Source: Haliotis rufescens
Lineage: Eukaryota
Assembly: GCF_023055435.1 (NCBI RefSeq)
Contig: NW_025964223.1
Location: 38,502,001-38,566,000, forward strand
Direction of reading: 5' to 3'
DNA: 64,000 nucleotides
The notes beneath the pieces were generated by a model. That model worked only from the letters and a program-made list of their open reading frames with translations. It did not search any database and was not told where the DNA came from. Below, in pieces: positions 1 through 10,437 of this stretch (position 1 is its first letter; each line of letters begins with the position of its first letter). Both the position numbers and the translations under genes were made by a program.

Positions 1-901
1 ACGTTTCACTAAGTGTTAAAATATTATGTTATTGTTCATAGCGGTATTCATTAACCTTTATCTATTAACCTTTATCTATTAACATTTCTATCACTCTTTA
101 ACTTTTTATCTGTTTCAGTGTGCTAACGTAACACTAAGGGTTAAATGTTGCTTTTAGACGATCACCAACTAGATAATATCGCTGTTACTTGTTTTCGCCA
201 TTATGTTAGAACTTGAGTAGAAAGTATACATTATACCCATCTGCAGATGTGTAATTCGTATGTTTTCTGCTTTATGACATATAACTAATTGATGTAATAG
301 TAATAATGAAAATAAGTGAACTTACCTTATGACTGTACAACACTGTTTCATTAATCATTCCTCCATATATTCCGTTTGAATTAACCATTCGCTCAGTTCA
401 TATTTGGTTTAATCATATTTATTCCATCAATTGTACATGGCTGGATTTAATTTCTTCTTATATATCATCATGTAGTAAACTTAGCTGGAAAAACAACGGT
501 CAAACCGTTCGGCTACACCAGATACCTGTAGACGAACGGCTTACCGGTGTAAGGGAGGTAATACACTATTGACAGTGAAGAAACAATGAACGCTGGCTGG
601 CATGAATACATACACCGAAAGACGGATGAAGCGAGCGGCCTGCCCTCGTGATCCAAGGGAGGTAACTCGTATCACACTAGTGGCTCATATCACATTGATA
701 GACCAAGAGAGCGAATAACTGCGAATTGAAACATAAAACATACACACATTCTGATTAAAAATATGCTTTTATTTGAGAAAACACAGTGAGATGCTCGCGT
801 ATGTGTCGATAATACCCGCGATGCAATCTACGCCGAAGCAGTCTTTTCCTTTCTCGTCTCACTGAGCATTGTATCCCACGATGGCTGAAAAGGAAGGGTA
901 A

Positions 902-902
<1 letters not shown>

Positions 903-935
<33 letters not shown>

Positions 936-1151
936 GCCAAAGCACTTAAAATAGTCCTCCAAAGCAGATAGAATTTGTTCGCGATCTTCAATCAGTTTTC
1001 TAAATACACTGCTTTTCAAGGAAATGGTTTTCCTTTCCTTTTTGCTGTTGTAGTTTGAAAGATGCACCCAAGCATCATCACGGAACAACTTGATAGACAG
1101 CCAATGGCCAGCAGCCCACTCAAACGTAGTGTGGATGTGATTGTCAGACGT
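903..1151 (-). pseudogene. PC4/Sub1-like ssDNA-binding protein (Maverick accessory); start codon apparently ATG>ACG
   Basis: Frame reads (T)SDNHIHTTFEWAAGHWLSIKLFRDDAWVHLSNYNSKKERKTISLKSSVFRKLIEDREQILSALEDYFK, resembling the PC4 pattern FE..../F...V.I..Y/ISL....L. Begins aaaACGtct with TATAAATA at 1197-1204 (- strand). The 3' end runs into an (AAT)n microsatellite. Confidence 0.55.
905..933. repeat. (AAT)n microsatellite
   Basis: taataataat... run seen directly; produces the poly-Ile and poly-Tyr artefacts in the ORF track. Confidence 0.95.
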
Positions 1152-2150
1152 TTTCGAGTAAAGTGTCTTCTCCCGAAATGAACCACTAACACGTTATATT
1201 TATACTCACTCTGCAAGTAAGGTGATTCAGCATGTTGTCACTTTCTCACGGGAAAAACTACTTCATTATGTTGCCTTGTTCTTTTCAAATGGTATCAACT
1301 GGTACACCTCGCATACAAATGGTGTATACATATACTTCTGACTCACTATACTTTGCTTGTGAGTGATAGTATACGATTTTTAATTAGTACGTTTTCTAGA
1401 TACTCCCCTGTTTGACCAGACAGCAGCCCTATTGACTTAACAAGAACGAATCCACAAAGCCACCACTTGTTACTCTCTCATTTTTAATCAATATCGAGTT
1501 TTTAGTAACACACTCTCTATACGGCTCTTTCATTAAGTGTATCCCTTTTATGTTGTCTTTCATAATGGAACACCTGTGCTTTTAAAGTGTCACGTTTTCA
1601 GTACCATCCCATGGTAAACATTTTCTCAAAAATATTGTATAGCTTGTGTACTCGGTCAAGGTGATTCAGCAGTTCTTAGTACTACCCTATTATACACCCG
1701 CTTGATACATCTGTCTTGAAGCAATCTGAAACTGTTTTGAATAGCAGCCAAACCAATCATGTTCATTGTGTGTAGCTGTTTGCACTTAAATTTGAACTTA
1801 TATTTCTATAGAGCTCCAAAATGTTTAGTTTTGGAATAAGAAGTCCGTCCACTTTATTTTTTTCACCATTTCCGACTGAGGAATTGCCAAGGCAACATCA
1901 ACCAAAAGTGTACAGGAAACGTTAACCATTAACGTGCATCCTTAGGATAGGAATCTTCAGCAAAAGAGCAAGTACTCCACTTTTACTGCATACTTACACT
2001 TATACATTTGTTAGATTATTTAAAACTTAATATCACGACATAATATTTAAAACTGTTTGTAACCATTTTAGTCTAATGCTTAGTTGATGTTCGTTTGTTT
2101 GTTTTCAGGTAACTACCAACACATACACACTTAGTTGGTGAATACCTATT

Positions 2151-4740
2151 ATGACTATGTACACCACGAGTAGAGACTCCTACTGTGAAAATTGTCACAC
2201 TTGTTTTGGTTATAAAAGAAATTTAACAAGGCATCAGCAAATATGTGGAAAAGTTGGGGGGCAATTTTCATGTCAGTATTGTCGAAAATATTTTTCCAGA
2301 AAAGATAGTTTAAAACGTCATGTGAAAAGCTGTCAAAAAGTAGACAATCCTTTGGTTTGCCAATGTTCACTGTGCTTTCAACACTTTACCCATGAACTTG
2401 CTTTTCAATCACACTTACCACATTGCCTAAACAGGACTTCACAATATGATTTTTCTTGTCAGATTTGTCATGGAGTTTTCCCAAATTCAAAAGCATTGCA
2501 GTTGCATGAGACTAGAACAGGACATGATATTGGGAGTCGCAGCAAAGTAGGAAAAACATGGCTACAGTATCCATACCTCCTTCTACCACATCACCACCTG
2601 CCATTCCTTCCCCCTACCCCCCACCACCGCCAATCCCCGCCCCTGATGTTTCTCCTTCTTATCCCGAACCTTACTTCATAAACGTGATTTCACAAAATGA
2701 TGTATCCTGTCAGACTTGTCAGACAATGTTTCCAACTTCAAAAGCATTGCGACTGCATAAGAATAGAACAGGAAATGATATGGGGGGTGGTAGCAAAGGC
2801 AAGTTAAGTAGGAAAAAAACGGCTACAGTATCTGTACAACCATCCAACCCTTCATTGCCTCCCATTCCCTTCCCACCGGGTACTCCTTCCAATCCTGAAC
2901 CTGTTGGTGACACTTCTGATCATGCTCGCCCATGTACCAGCGAATCTTTAGGAGGAGATGTGAGAGAGTATGAGTTTAAAGGGCAGGGTGCTACAGATGC
3001 TTTACATTTTATGGTGAATCAACAAGCTGTCATTATTGATGTGATCAAGGCAGAACTCAGAGAGAAACAGTCAGTGAAATGGGGATTGTGCCTTCACATC
3101 AGAATGGTTAAACCTACTGAAGATGAAACAGCTAATATTCATGAGGCCTACTTTCGAAGCACAATGGTCATAGCTACACAAGGAACCAATTTGGCTGATC
3201 AATACCTTGAAGCCATGCACAAGATATTGCGTTCACTAGATAATTATCAGGGTGAACATTCTAATTTAAACGTGGTAGACATTGCAATGATGAAAGTGAT
3301 CATCGTTAAATTTAAGCCTTTTAAAGGCGGTACATACATCCCTCTTCCCAAAGAAATTGCATACAAAACTACAAGCGTTGTGAATGTAGAAAACAAAGAT
3401 GAGATGTGTTTTGTCTATAGCATTTTAGCCAAACTGTTTCCCACTCCGCATCATCCAACACGAGTGAAGCATTATCAACCTTTTGTGAACAGATTGAATT
3501 TGGATGGGTTTACTTTTCCGATGACACTCAAACAAATCCCACGGTTTGAACAAGTCAATCAGTTGAGTATCAATGTGTATGACTTCAAAGATAAAACTCT
3601 CCATCCACTTTACATCAGCAACGTATCCAACATAGAACCAGACAGACAAATTGATTTGTTGATGCTTTCACAAGAGAACGAGGCCGAAGATTTCGAAGGA
3701 TTCTTAGGCTTAGAGGGTCATGAACTTATGGATGTAGAAACGAAAGCAGACACCCATTTTTGTTTGATCACTAAGTTGATTTTTTTTGTCAAAAACCCTG
3801 AGAAAAAACGTAGTAACCAGTATCATATTTGTAGAAAATGTTTGTGGACATACAGCTCACAAGAAAGGTTGAATAAGCACAAGGGGTATTGTTTTGTTAA
3901 GGCCCAACGTGTCAATATGCCTAAACCCGAGAAAGCAGTCTATCAGTTTGGTTTACGATCAGAAGCTAAAACAGAAAGAGCTAAATTTCTTATTGTGGCC
4001 GATTTTGAAAGTTTGCTGTTGCCAGTCGAAAATCATGCTTCACGTTTGAACAGACATGTTCCTTGTGCCTATGCTTACAAAGTTGTTTGTACGGAGGAGC
4101 GGTATTCGAAATCTGTTCAAACCTATGTAGGTTCAGATGCAGCAGAACACTTTATTCAAGACATTTTAAGAGAATATGATGAAATTAAGGAGATCTTTGC
4201 CAATGTTGTTCCCATGCAATTATCTCATCAGGATAGGGCAACCATAGCAAACACAACTCAGTGTGGATTATGTGGAAAAGAGTTAGGGAAAGACAGGGTG
4301 TTAGATCATGACCATCTCAGCGGTGCAAGTATTACACAACAAGTGTAACCTAAATTTCCAGTTGCAAAAGAAAGTGTATCTTATGTTGCACAATTCAGAG
4401 CATTACGATACGCATCTTATTCTTGAAGCAGCGCGGGAATTTGGAGAGAGAAGTATTCAGATCATACCCCATCTAGTCAGATGTGAACACTGTATCAAAC
4501 CAAAAGACAGCTAAAGGAATAAAGAAATCTGTCATTGCCAAGCAATTGACCCATAAGAAATACAAAGACAGTCTCCTGGAGAGGAAACCTTTTTATTGTT
4601 CCTATTCACTCATTCGCTCTCACAATAACACTTTATACACTGAGTCATTGAGCAAAATAGCATTATCCCCCTTAGATGATAAACGTTATGTACTAGAGGA
4701 TGGCATACATAGTTTACCCTATGGGTATTCACCAGTCTAA
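2151..4740 (+). pseudogene. Protein-primed family B DNA polymerase (pPolB) with N-terminal C2H2 zinc fingers; frameshifted and internally deleted
   Basis: ORFs 2151-2681, 2558-4348, 4308-4514 and 4483-4740 are one broken gene. Features in order: C2H2 fingers (CENC..HQQIC, CQYC..HVKSC); Polinton N-terminal block GGTYIPLPKEI...NKDEMCFVYSI...HFCLI; Exo I VADFESLL; endonuclease-VII-like CGLC...DHDHLSG..HNKCNL; Exo II HNSEHYD; C-terminal KGIKK...LSPLDDKRYVLEDGIHSLPYGY. The DxxSLYP, KxxxNSxYG and YxDTDS motifs are absent. Confidence 0.92.
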
Positions 4741-4932
4741 GAGTATGTGGTAATGCTGTTCAAGTTCCACATTTCAGAGATGGGTGATTGATACAGGTAC
4801 CCTCCTCCTTTTTTGCTGAATGTTATCCATTTTAATTTAACAATAATAATTCTAATAACAATAGTAATAATTGCTGTTATCATCACACTTAAAGTGTTTC
4901 ACTCATTTAATTATCTTTATGATTACAGCAAC

Positions 4933-5547
4933 ATGAGTACCACCGGATTCATTTACCAGTTAAGACAAAACGGCAGCAATGACATAGTGTATTATGAAGG
5001 CAGAAGCTTCCGAAGAAGCCATGAGGGTGCCATGCAGGCAGGTTTACAGCGTGCAAGAAGAATGTTCCAACAAGTGGAGAATCGTCAAACAGCCAACTAT
5101 TCAGTAACTGTGCGTGAAATTCACATCAACAGGAGACAAATAACCAATTGCTTACAGCTGCGTCGAAACAGACGACTTTTCGTAGGCGTCTTGGAGTCTC
5201 ACTATCTCAATGAACTCCAGAGACTTGTTCGGAAGTTATGTTGTGATAATTGTTATGGATGTGAAGTTAATCATCCATCGCAAGTACATCACCAGTGTCT
5301 CATGATGAACAGTGACGAGTGTATTACTCAATACTTTGATCGTGCAGTGAATGAGCTGCCCCTTCATACCATCTTGGAAAAAGCCAAGCAACAGAGGGTA
5401 AGCCTTGGGCTAGAGTTTCAGGACCAGCACACTGTGCGTTACAATGACTCTGATTATATGCATAGGCATTTCTTCTGTGATGACAGAAAAGAAAGACTTG
5501 AGATGCAGCTCAGAGTCCTCATGAACATGGAAGATAGTAATAATTAA
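4933..5547 (+). CDS. Maverick accessory protein with C-x2-C-x10-H-x-C motif, unknown function
   Basis: Open frame from ATG 4933 (MSTTGFIYQL...), containing LCCDNCYGCEVNHPSQVHHQCL; ATTAAA overlaps the stop. Similar to the product of 11746-12369. Confidence 0.7.
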   Translation: MSTTGFIYQLRQNGSNDIVYYEGRSFRRSHEGAMQAGLQRARRMFQQVENRQTANYSVTVREIHINRRQITNCLQLRRNRRLFVGVLESHYLNELQRLVRKLCCDNCYGCEVNHPSQVHHQCLMMNSDECITQYFDRAVNELPLHTILEKAKQQRVSLGLEFQDQHTVRYNDSDYMHRHFFCDDRKERLEMQLRVLMNMEDSNN

Positions 5548-5632
5548 AGACGCATGTGTTAGCATTATTTTATTGCTTTACAATCAGAAAGTTACATAGA
5601 ATACATGTCATGAATTCAAAGTGCATGTACAG

Positions 5633-6232
5633 TTAGAAAGACTCTAGTTTTCTTAATTTTGTATTAGTGTTCGCACCGGGCACACCATGTTGTGCTTGTC
5701 GTTTTAGATATAAAGATGATTTTGCCTTCTTTCTTTTGTCGTTCTTTTTCTTTGCATCTGGCTTATACAAAAGCCGCTTTGGTACATGGAGCATTTTTAA
5801 AAGTTTGAGAAAGTCATGGTAGCCTGTAGGAACAGCCCCACGACGCATCACAGTAAAACGAATGAGGTCAATAACGTTAGTTCCGATCCACACATTCTCA
5901 TTATCTAACACAATTTCTAACTGATCATTCAGTCTGAAGTGAGCGTTTCTGATCTGATCCCTGATAAAGTACCATAGTTTGGTGAGTTTGCCAATCGTTT
6001 TAGTTAATGACACATCCTTAAGAAGTAGATCCAGAATCAAGTTCGTATTCCCTTTAATCTGTGCTTCATCATGGGTGATTTCTTCAGGGGTCTCATTCAG
6101 TCTCAGAGGACTCGTCTCCCGATCCGGAGTCACTGTCATTATCTGTAGTTGTTGTTGTTCCTGAGTCACTGTCTTCTCCTTTTCCTGGTTGTCTATCAGG
6201 CGTTGGTATGTGTTCCTGTTCAGGAGAACCAT
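5633..6232 (-). CDS. Maverick conserved hypothetical protein (basic C-terminus)
   Basis: 199-aa ORF, last gene of the minus-strand virion cluster; motif GTNVIDLIRF...PTGYHDFLKLL..LHVP; minus-strand AATAAA at ~5568-5573. Confidence 0.65.
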   Translation of the reverse strand: MVLLNRNTYQRLIDNQEKEKTVTQEQQQLQIMTVTPDRETSPLRLNETPEEITHDEAQIKGNTNLILDLLLKDVSLTKTIGKLTKLWYFIRDQIRNAHFRLNDQLEIVLDNENVWIGTNVIDLIRFTVMRRGAVPTGYHDFLKLLKMLHVPKRLLYKPDAKKKNDKRKKAKSSLYLKRQAQHGVPGANTNTKLRKLESF

Positions 6233-6557
6233 AGGTCTGCTTATGATGTAGGTAATCTAACAGTGCAGCAGTGCAAATAGGCAAGATCGAATGATGTCTT
6301 ATCAACACCTCCTTTTTAATCCGATTGGGAAAACCTTCTTTGGCAGCCAATGTTCTAATGTGAAACCTATGACGGTGCAAGCGAGTTTTATCCATCAGTG
6401 AGAGGGGAATATTCCCTTTCAAAATGTTTAACATCATGCTATTAATAGCATACATTTGTTCACATGACACATATTGAAGTAAAGCTTTTCTCTGCTTCAC
6501 ATTAGCCTGCAGTAGTGTCTGAAGAAAAGACAGATGTTTTTCCAGTAAATCACCCAT
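6093..6557 (-). CDS. Conserved small Maverick/adintovirus protein (PW / 'GasderminX'-type)
   Basis: LQTLLQANVKQRKALL...LNILKGNIPLS..DKTRLHRHRFHIRTLA matches my recollection of this conserved family; TATA-like TATATAAAA ~50 bp upstream on the - strand. Confidence 0.65.
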   Translation of the reverse strand: MGDLLEKHLSFLQTLLQANVKQRKALLQYVSCEQMYAINSMMLNILKGNIPLSLMDKTRLHRHRFHIRTLAAKEGFPNRIKKEVLIRHHSILPICTAALLDYLHHKQTYGSPEQEHIPTPDRQPGKGEDSDSGTTTTTDNDSDSGSGDESSETE

Positions 6558-6664
6558 AATGATGTGAAGAGATCACGATGTGAAATGATCCAACTAGGTT
6601 CTTGTGACTTTTATATATGTATGCTTAGACCCTAATATTCCTCATACACCATAGCCGATGTCTC

Positions 6665-6976
6665 TCATTCGGTATTAGAAGCTATCATGCTTATGTAACT
6701 ACACTGAGGTGATAACCTGAAATGTTCAGTTAGTGGTTCATCTTCTGGCATCCATTTATGTACACGCAATCGACACATGAAACAGTAGACTTTATCTGAT
6801 TGACCCGTGTAAATGAAACCTGCTTGTGCCATAGTCTTCAGAGACTGTTTCATTTGCACGGGCCAACTGGCGAAGGACTTTAATCTCTCACAAAAGCTAT
6901 GCCCATACACTTCAGCATTGGTTGAAATCACTGAACAATCATTAGCAATATCTTCAAATCGTCCGCAAACATCCAT
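6665..6976 (-). CDS. Single-BIR inhibitor-of-apoptosis (IAP)-like protein
   Basis: RLKSFASWP...MAQAGFIYTGQSDKVYCFMC...W...DEPLTEHFRLSPQC is a complete BIR consensus with the C-x2-C-x16-H-x6-C zinc ligands; no RING domain; frame intact. Confidence 0.92.
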   Translation of the reverse strand: MDVCGRFEDIANDCSVISTNAEVYGHSFCERLKSFASWPVQMKQSLKTMAQAGFIYTGQSDKVYCFMCRLRVHKWMPEDEPLTEHFRLSPQCSYISMIASNTE

Positions 6977-7051
6977 GATGACCTCAGTAAGCAACTGATC
7001 TGTTCATTGGTAAGACGGGCAACTGGTGGGTATAACTTTCAGCAGTAGCTT

Positions 7052-7717
7052 TTATTTGGGTTGGTACACAATACATACTTCATCTGGAAAGACACCACTG
7101 CGCAGACGCCCATACTGAGGATCGGAATAGGGTGATACGTCAATCATTAAATATTGAATTTTTTTTCCCTCCACTGCGTCACGAAATGATTCAGTAAAAT
7201 ATTTGGCTTGTCCCGGAAATATTTGAGATGCCAAGATTTTATATTCATGTGCAGAACGTGGGTTAGATAGCAAAATGAAGTAGTGTGTATTCAAGGAAAT
7301 AGTTCGGTTACAATCCCCCTTAGGATAAGCAGACTGTTGAATATTTATAACACTGATTCCCCAATGATGAGACAATGTAGTGTAGAGATTTAACATCAGT
7401 GGACTTTTACATATATCCATCATCATGTCATCCATGACCAACACCATGTTCTTTTCAGATTGCTCAGACCACATTTTCAAATCATTCTCAGTTGGAAGGG
7501 AATCCATAAAAAGAATGTTAGAAATGTTTTGCTGCATGTCACTGTAGATGTCTTGCCATACGGCATAGCAGTACACAATAAGGTTGGGAAGTTTGTCAAA
7601 CATCAGATTAGTTTGCTCTTACAACCTTTTCACCCAAACTGTTTTCCCTGAGGAAGATCCACCAATCACAGATATGGTGGTAGGTGTTTGTATTGGTAAG
7701 AGACACTTACGTTCCAT
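7052..7717 (-). pseudogene. FtsK/A32-like genome-packaging ATPase, premature stop
   Basis: ATG at 7717; Walker A GGSSSGKT; in-frame TAA at 7619-7621; Walker B VLVMDDMM; then SHHWGISVINIQQ and RTISLNTHYFIL. Confidence 0.9.
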
Positions 7718-7821
7718 GATCTCACTCTGAGCACAATAATTCAACTGTGACAATACAGCTGAGTTACTTATATTTATAGAACAAACTCGAATGACTACAC
7801 TAATTTTTTTATTTCATTTTT

Positions 7822-8346
7822 TTAATGGGTTACACAAGTACAGTAGTATGTTACATGACACAGGTATGACAAGATAAAAAAACAATATCTAAAATAATTA
7901 CAGATAAACTTTGACACATGCTCATCATTGTTAAAACGGACTTGCACATCAAATATCTGCACAAGGGTTTGAAGGGTAAGTTCTGTTTTGCATTTATACA
8001 ACAAATAATATAAACAATAATGACCACAAAGGTTGGATGATGAGGACTGTAACTGTCTTCTGTTGTGCTGGTATTGATTGACATAGGTTTTTAAGTACAA
8101 GTCAAAAACGGAATTCACTGGCTCACCCAGACTGTCAAACAGTTCCCCTGTATTTCCTTTGAAGTACATAGCCACCCAGTGACGACCCGGTCTTCCAGAT
8201 GGTTCAGTATTGACAATGAGACCCACTCCACGTGCAAGCATGACTCTAGTTAGCACAGGTAAAGTATCTTTGGCAAACACACCTAAGACATGGTACTTTA
8301 AGATGGAGTCGCTTTGAATAGCACATGCAAGGTCAGAGGCTTTCAT
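7822..8346 (-). CDS. Adenain-like (C5) cysteine maturation protease
   Basis: GVFAKDTLP, IVNTEPSGRPGRHWVA (His), FDSLG (Asp), LQSSSSNLCGHYC (Gln/Cys). Confidence 0.93.
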   Translation of the reverse strand: MKASDLACAIQSDSILKYHVLGVFAKDTLPVLTRVMLARGVGLIVNTEPSGRPGRHWVAMYFKGNTGELFDSLGEPVNSVFDLYLKTYVNQYQHNRRQLQSSSSNLCGHYCLYYLLYKCKTELTLQTLVQIFDVQVRFNNDEHVSKFICNYFRYCFFILSYLCHVTYYCTCVTH

Positions 8347-8351
8347 GTTTT

Positions 8352-9653
8352 TTACTTCACAAACACGTGCCTGGTCTTGTCAATTTCGATGAGGGAATTT
8401 CTTTCACTCAGAACAACACAACTGAGTGTTTCGGTGAGAGCGGATTTGAACTCGATTTCTAGTCGGGTGCTACCGGATTTCAACAGATTCAGATAGTCGG
8501 ATTCACTGCATACTTTATCAATGTCGAAGACGAACAGGGCACTCCTGAGCAAAAAGTCACTCCGAGTGATTCCGTTTCCTGTATTTTCTTTCCACAGACA
8601 CATCCCATCGAACATCTGCACATAGGACTCAACGTCATCTGCCTGCATGGGACGTCCGGGGACACTGGCACCATTGATGTACAGGCTGATGTTTTTCACC
8701 TTACTAGATTGGAAGTTGTAGGGGTTACCAGTGTAAGATCCATTCAAGCTGTTGCTGAGTACAAAGCCTACGATGTAACGATAAGCAATAGGATTCGACA
8801 GATTGTCAATGGTATGTGTCAGTTGAGTGGTGGGGATGCTTGTCACCGTGACCTCACTTTTGGTGTAAGGATACAAAGCATTGCTGTCTTGAAACAAGGT
8901 GTTGTGTGCCAAAATAAGAGCTGGATTGACTTTCAGTTTACACACCTTCAGGTAGGTATCCGGAATTTCCACCTTGTAATCTTGACCTGTTTTGCCACTC
9001 ATCAAACAGAACTGGGGCGAGGAGCGGTACAGCTTCACTGTCAAATCCACTCCATTGACCAAATATCTGTTCATGTGAAAGATATCTTCATACAATGGCC
9101 CCTACATGGTCAAGACTTTACTAGTATTAATGAAACCGCCACGAGATTGCACTCCTGTATTGAGACCAGTGTAGGGATCAGTCGATTCGACATCATTGTT
9201 GGATTCAGACACATCTTTGTAGAAGAGTTGAGATGACAGCTGTGAAGTTTTAGCTTCTGTTCCATAGTTGAGTAGACTTTTCATCATGCTCTTGTAAGCA
9301 TAATGGTTGTTTGTAGAAGATACCAACTGATTCTGCAGGTACACTGACACCTGGGAAAAGAGGACCTGCAGAAACAAGTTGACAGGGACAATATGTTCCT
9401 TGTCAACAAGATCAGTGCCATCTGCATGTTTCACCTTCAGCTTCACATGTAGGCGGGTACGGTTCAGGTCAATGTAATCACTTCCAGCATTCATTACTTG
9501 AAATTCCAACGGTGAAGAATCATTGATTTGGCTGAGTGGTCGCACTTCATCAAAATAATGTTGATGGATGCTGGTCTGGTATGGTGGTAAAATAAAAAGA
9601 TTGAGAGAGGGCGGTATCAGTTCCTCAAAGTCTTTATCATTCAATAGTGACAT
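8352..9653 (-). pseudogene. Double jelly-roll major capsid protein, one in-frame stop
   Basis: Starts MSLLNDKDFEELIPPSLNLFILPPYQTSI (ATG 9653); motifs YIDLNRTRLHVKLKV, PVNLFLQVLFSQV, RYLVNGVDL and NPYNFQ. ORFs 9102-9692 and 8352-9095 share one frame, separated by a TAG at 9102-9104. Confidence 0.9.
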
Positions 9654-9655
9654 GA

Positions 9656-10006
9656 TTAACTGAAAACGTCGTTTTCTCGAACAGGGGTACACTGGAGAAC
9701 CTTAACGGTCTTGGATGGAATGTTATCTGTCTGACGGATCTTCTTTGAAGTGGTGATTCGATCACCTGCAGCTCGTTTTAAAGATTTCCGTCTCTTTTCT
9801 TTGGCATTGGCTCTCTCAACAATATTCTGCGTCTCTGATGTCACTTCCAGTTTGATCTTGGGTTCTTTGGTCTTCACTTGAAGTAGTGTCGGGATCACTT
9901 TCACCTGTGGTTTACCATTCACTAAGGCAGATGTTCCTTTCATGTGTTTCTTGAAATAGTGGGTCCATTTGACATAATCGGGAACATACAAAGGTGTGGA
10001 CTCCAT
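9656..10006 (-). CDS. Small basic Maverick protein between minor and major capsid genes (putative core/DNA-binding protein)
   Basis: 116 aa, Lys/Arg-rich, packed 2 bp from both neighbours; function inferred from composition and position only. Confidence 0.6.
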   Translation of the reverse strand: MESTPLYVPDYVKWTHYFKKHMKGTSALVNGKPQVKVIPTLLQVKTKEPKIKLEVTSETQNIVERANAKEKRRKSLKRAAGDRITTSKKIRQTDNIPSKTVKVLQCTPVRENDVFS

Positions 10007-10008
10007 GG

Positions 10009-10437
10009 TTAATCAACGAAGGGATACCGTCTCAAGTGCAGTGTCACATATGTCACATCCTTTAGAAATGAGGGTGACATGCCGTTACTGGCCTTTATAC
10101 GCACCTCTATGTGTGGAGATTCTTTGACTTTAACCGGAATATTGTATTCATAGGCAAAGCTATAGTAAGGACCTTGTCTGAGATCAAGCCGTCTCAATAA
10201 AGGCAACTGCTGTTCACCTGCCAAAGAACTATCACACAGATTGCATAACATGTCCACATATGGATCATTCATGTGGGTGATGTCAAGTTTACCAAAATTA
10301 ATCTCCGTTAAAGACACAACCCAGAATCCATCAAAATTCAACCTTTGATTTAGTTTGACACGAAAATGATAAGGGGTATTCTCGTTAAAATAAGATTGTT
10401 TGGAGTCTGAGCTTTTGGGAAATATGTACCTTTCCAT
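10009..10437 (-). CDS. Minor capsid protein (penton, single jelly-roll)
   Basis: SSDS..YFNENTPYHFRVKL...L.FDGFWVVSLTEI, LCNLCDSS..G...LPLLRR, YIP-like and C-terminal VTLHLRR motifs typical of Maverick mCP; ATG overlaps the integrase TGA (TGATG). Confidence 0.85.
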   Translation of the reverse strand: MERYIFPKSSDSKQSYFNENTPYHFRVKLNQRLNFDGFWVVSLTEINFGKLDITHMNDPYVDMLCNLCDSSLAGEQQLPLLRRLDLRQGPYYSFAYEYNIPVKVKESPHIEVRIKASNGMSPSFLKDVTYVTLHLRRYPFVD

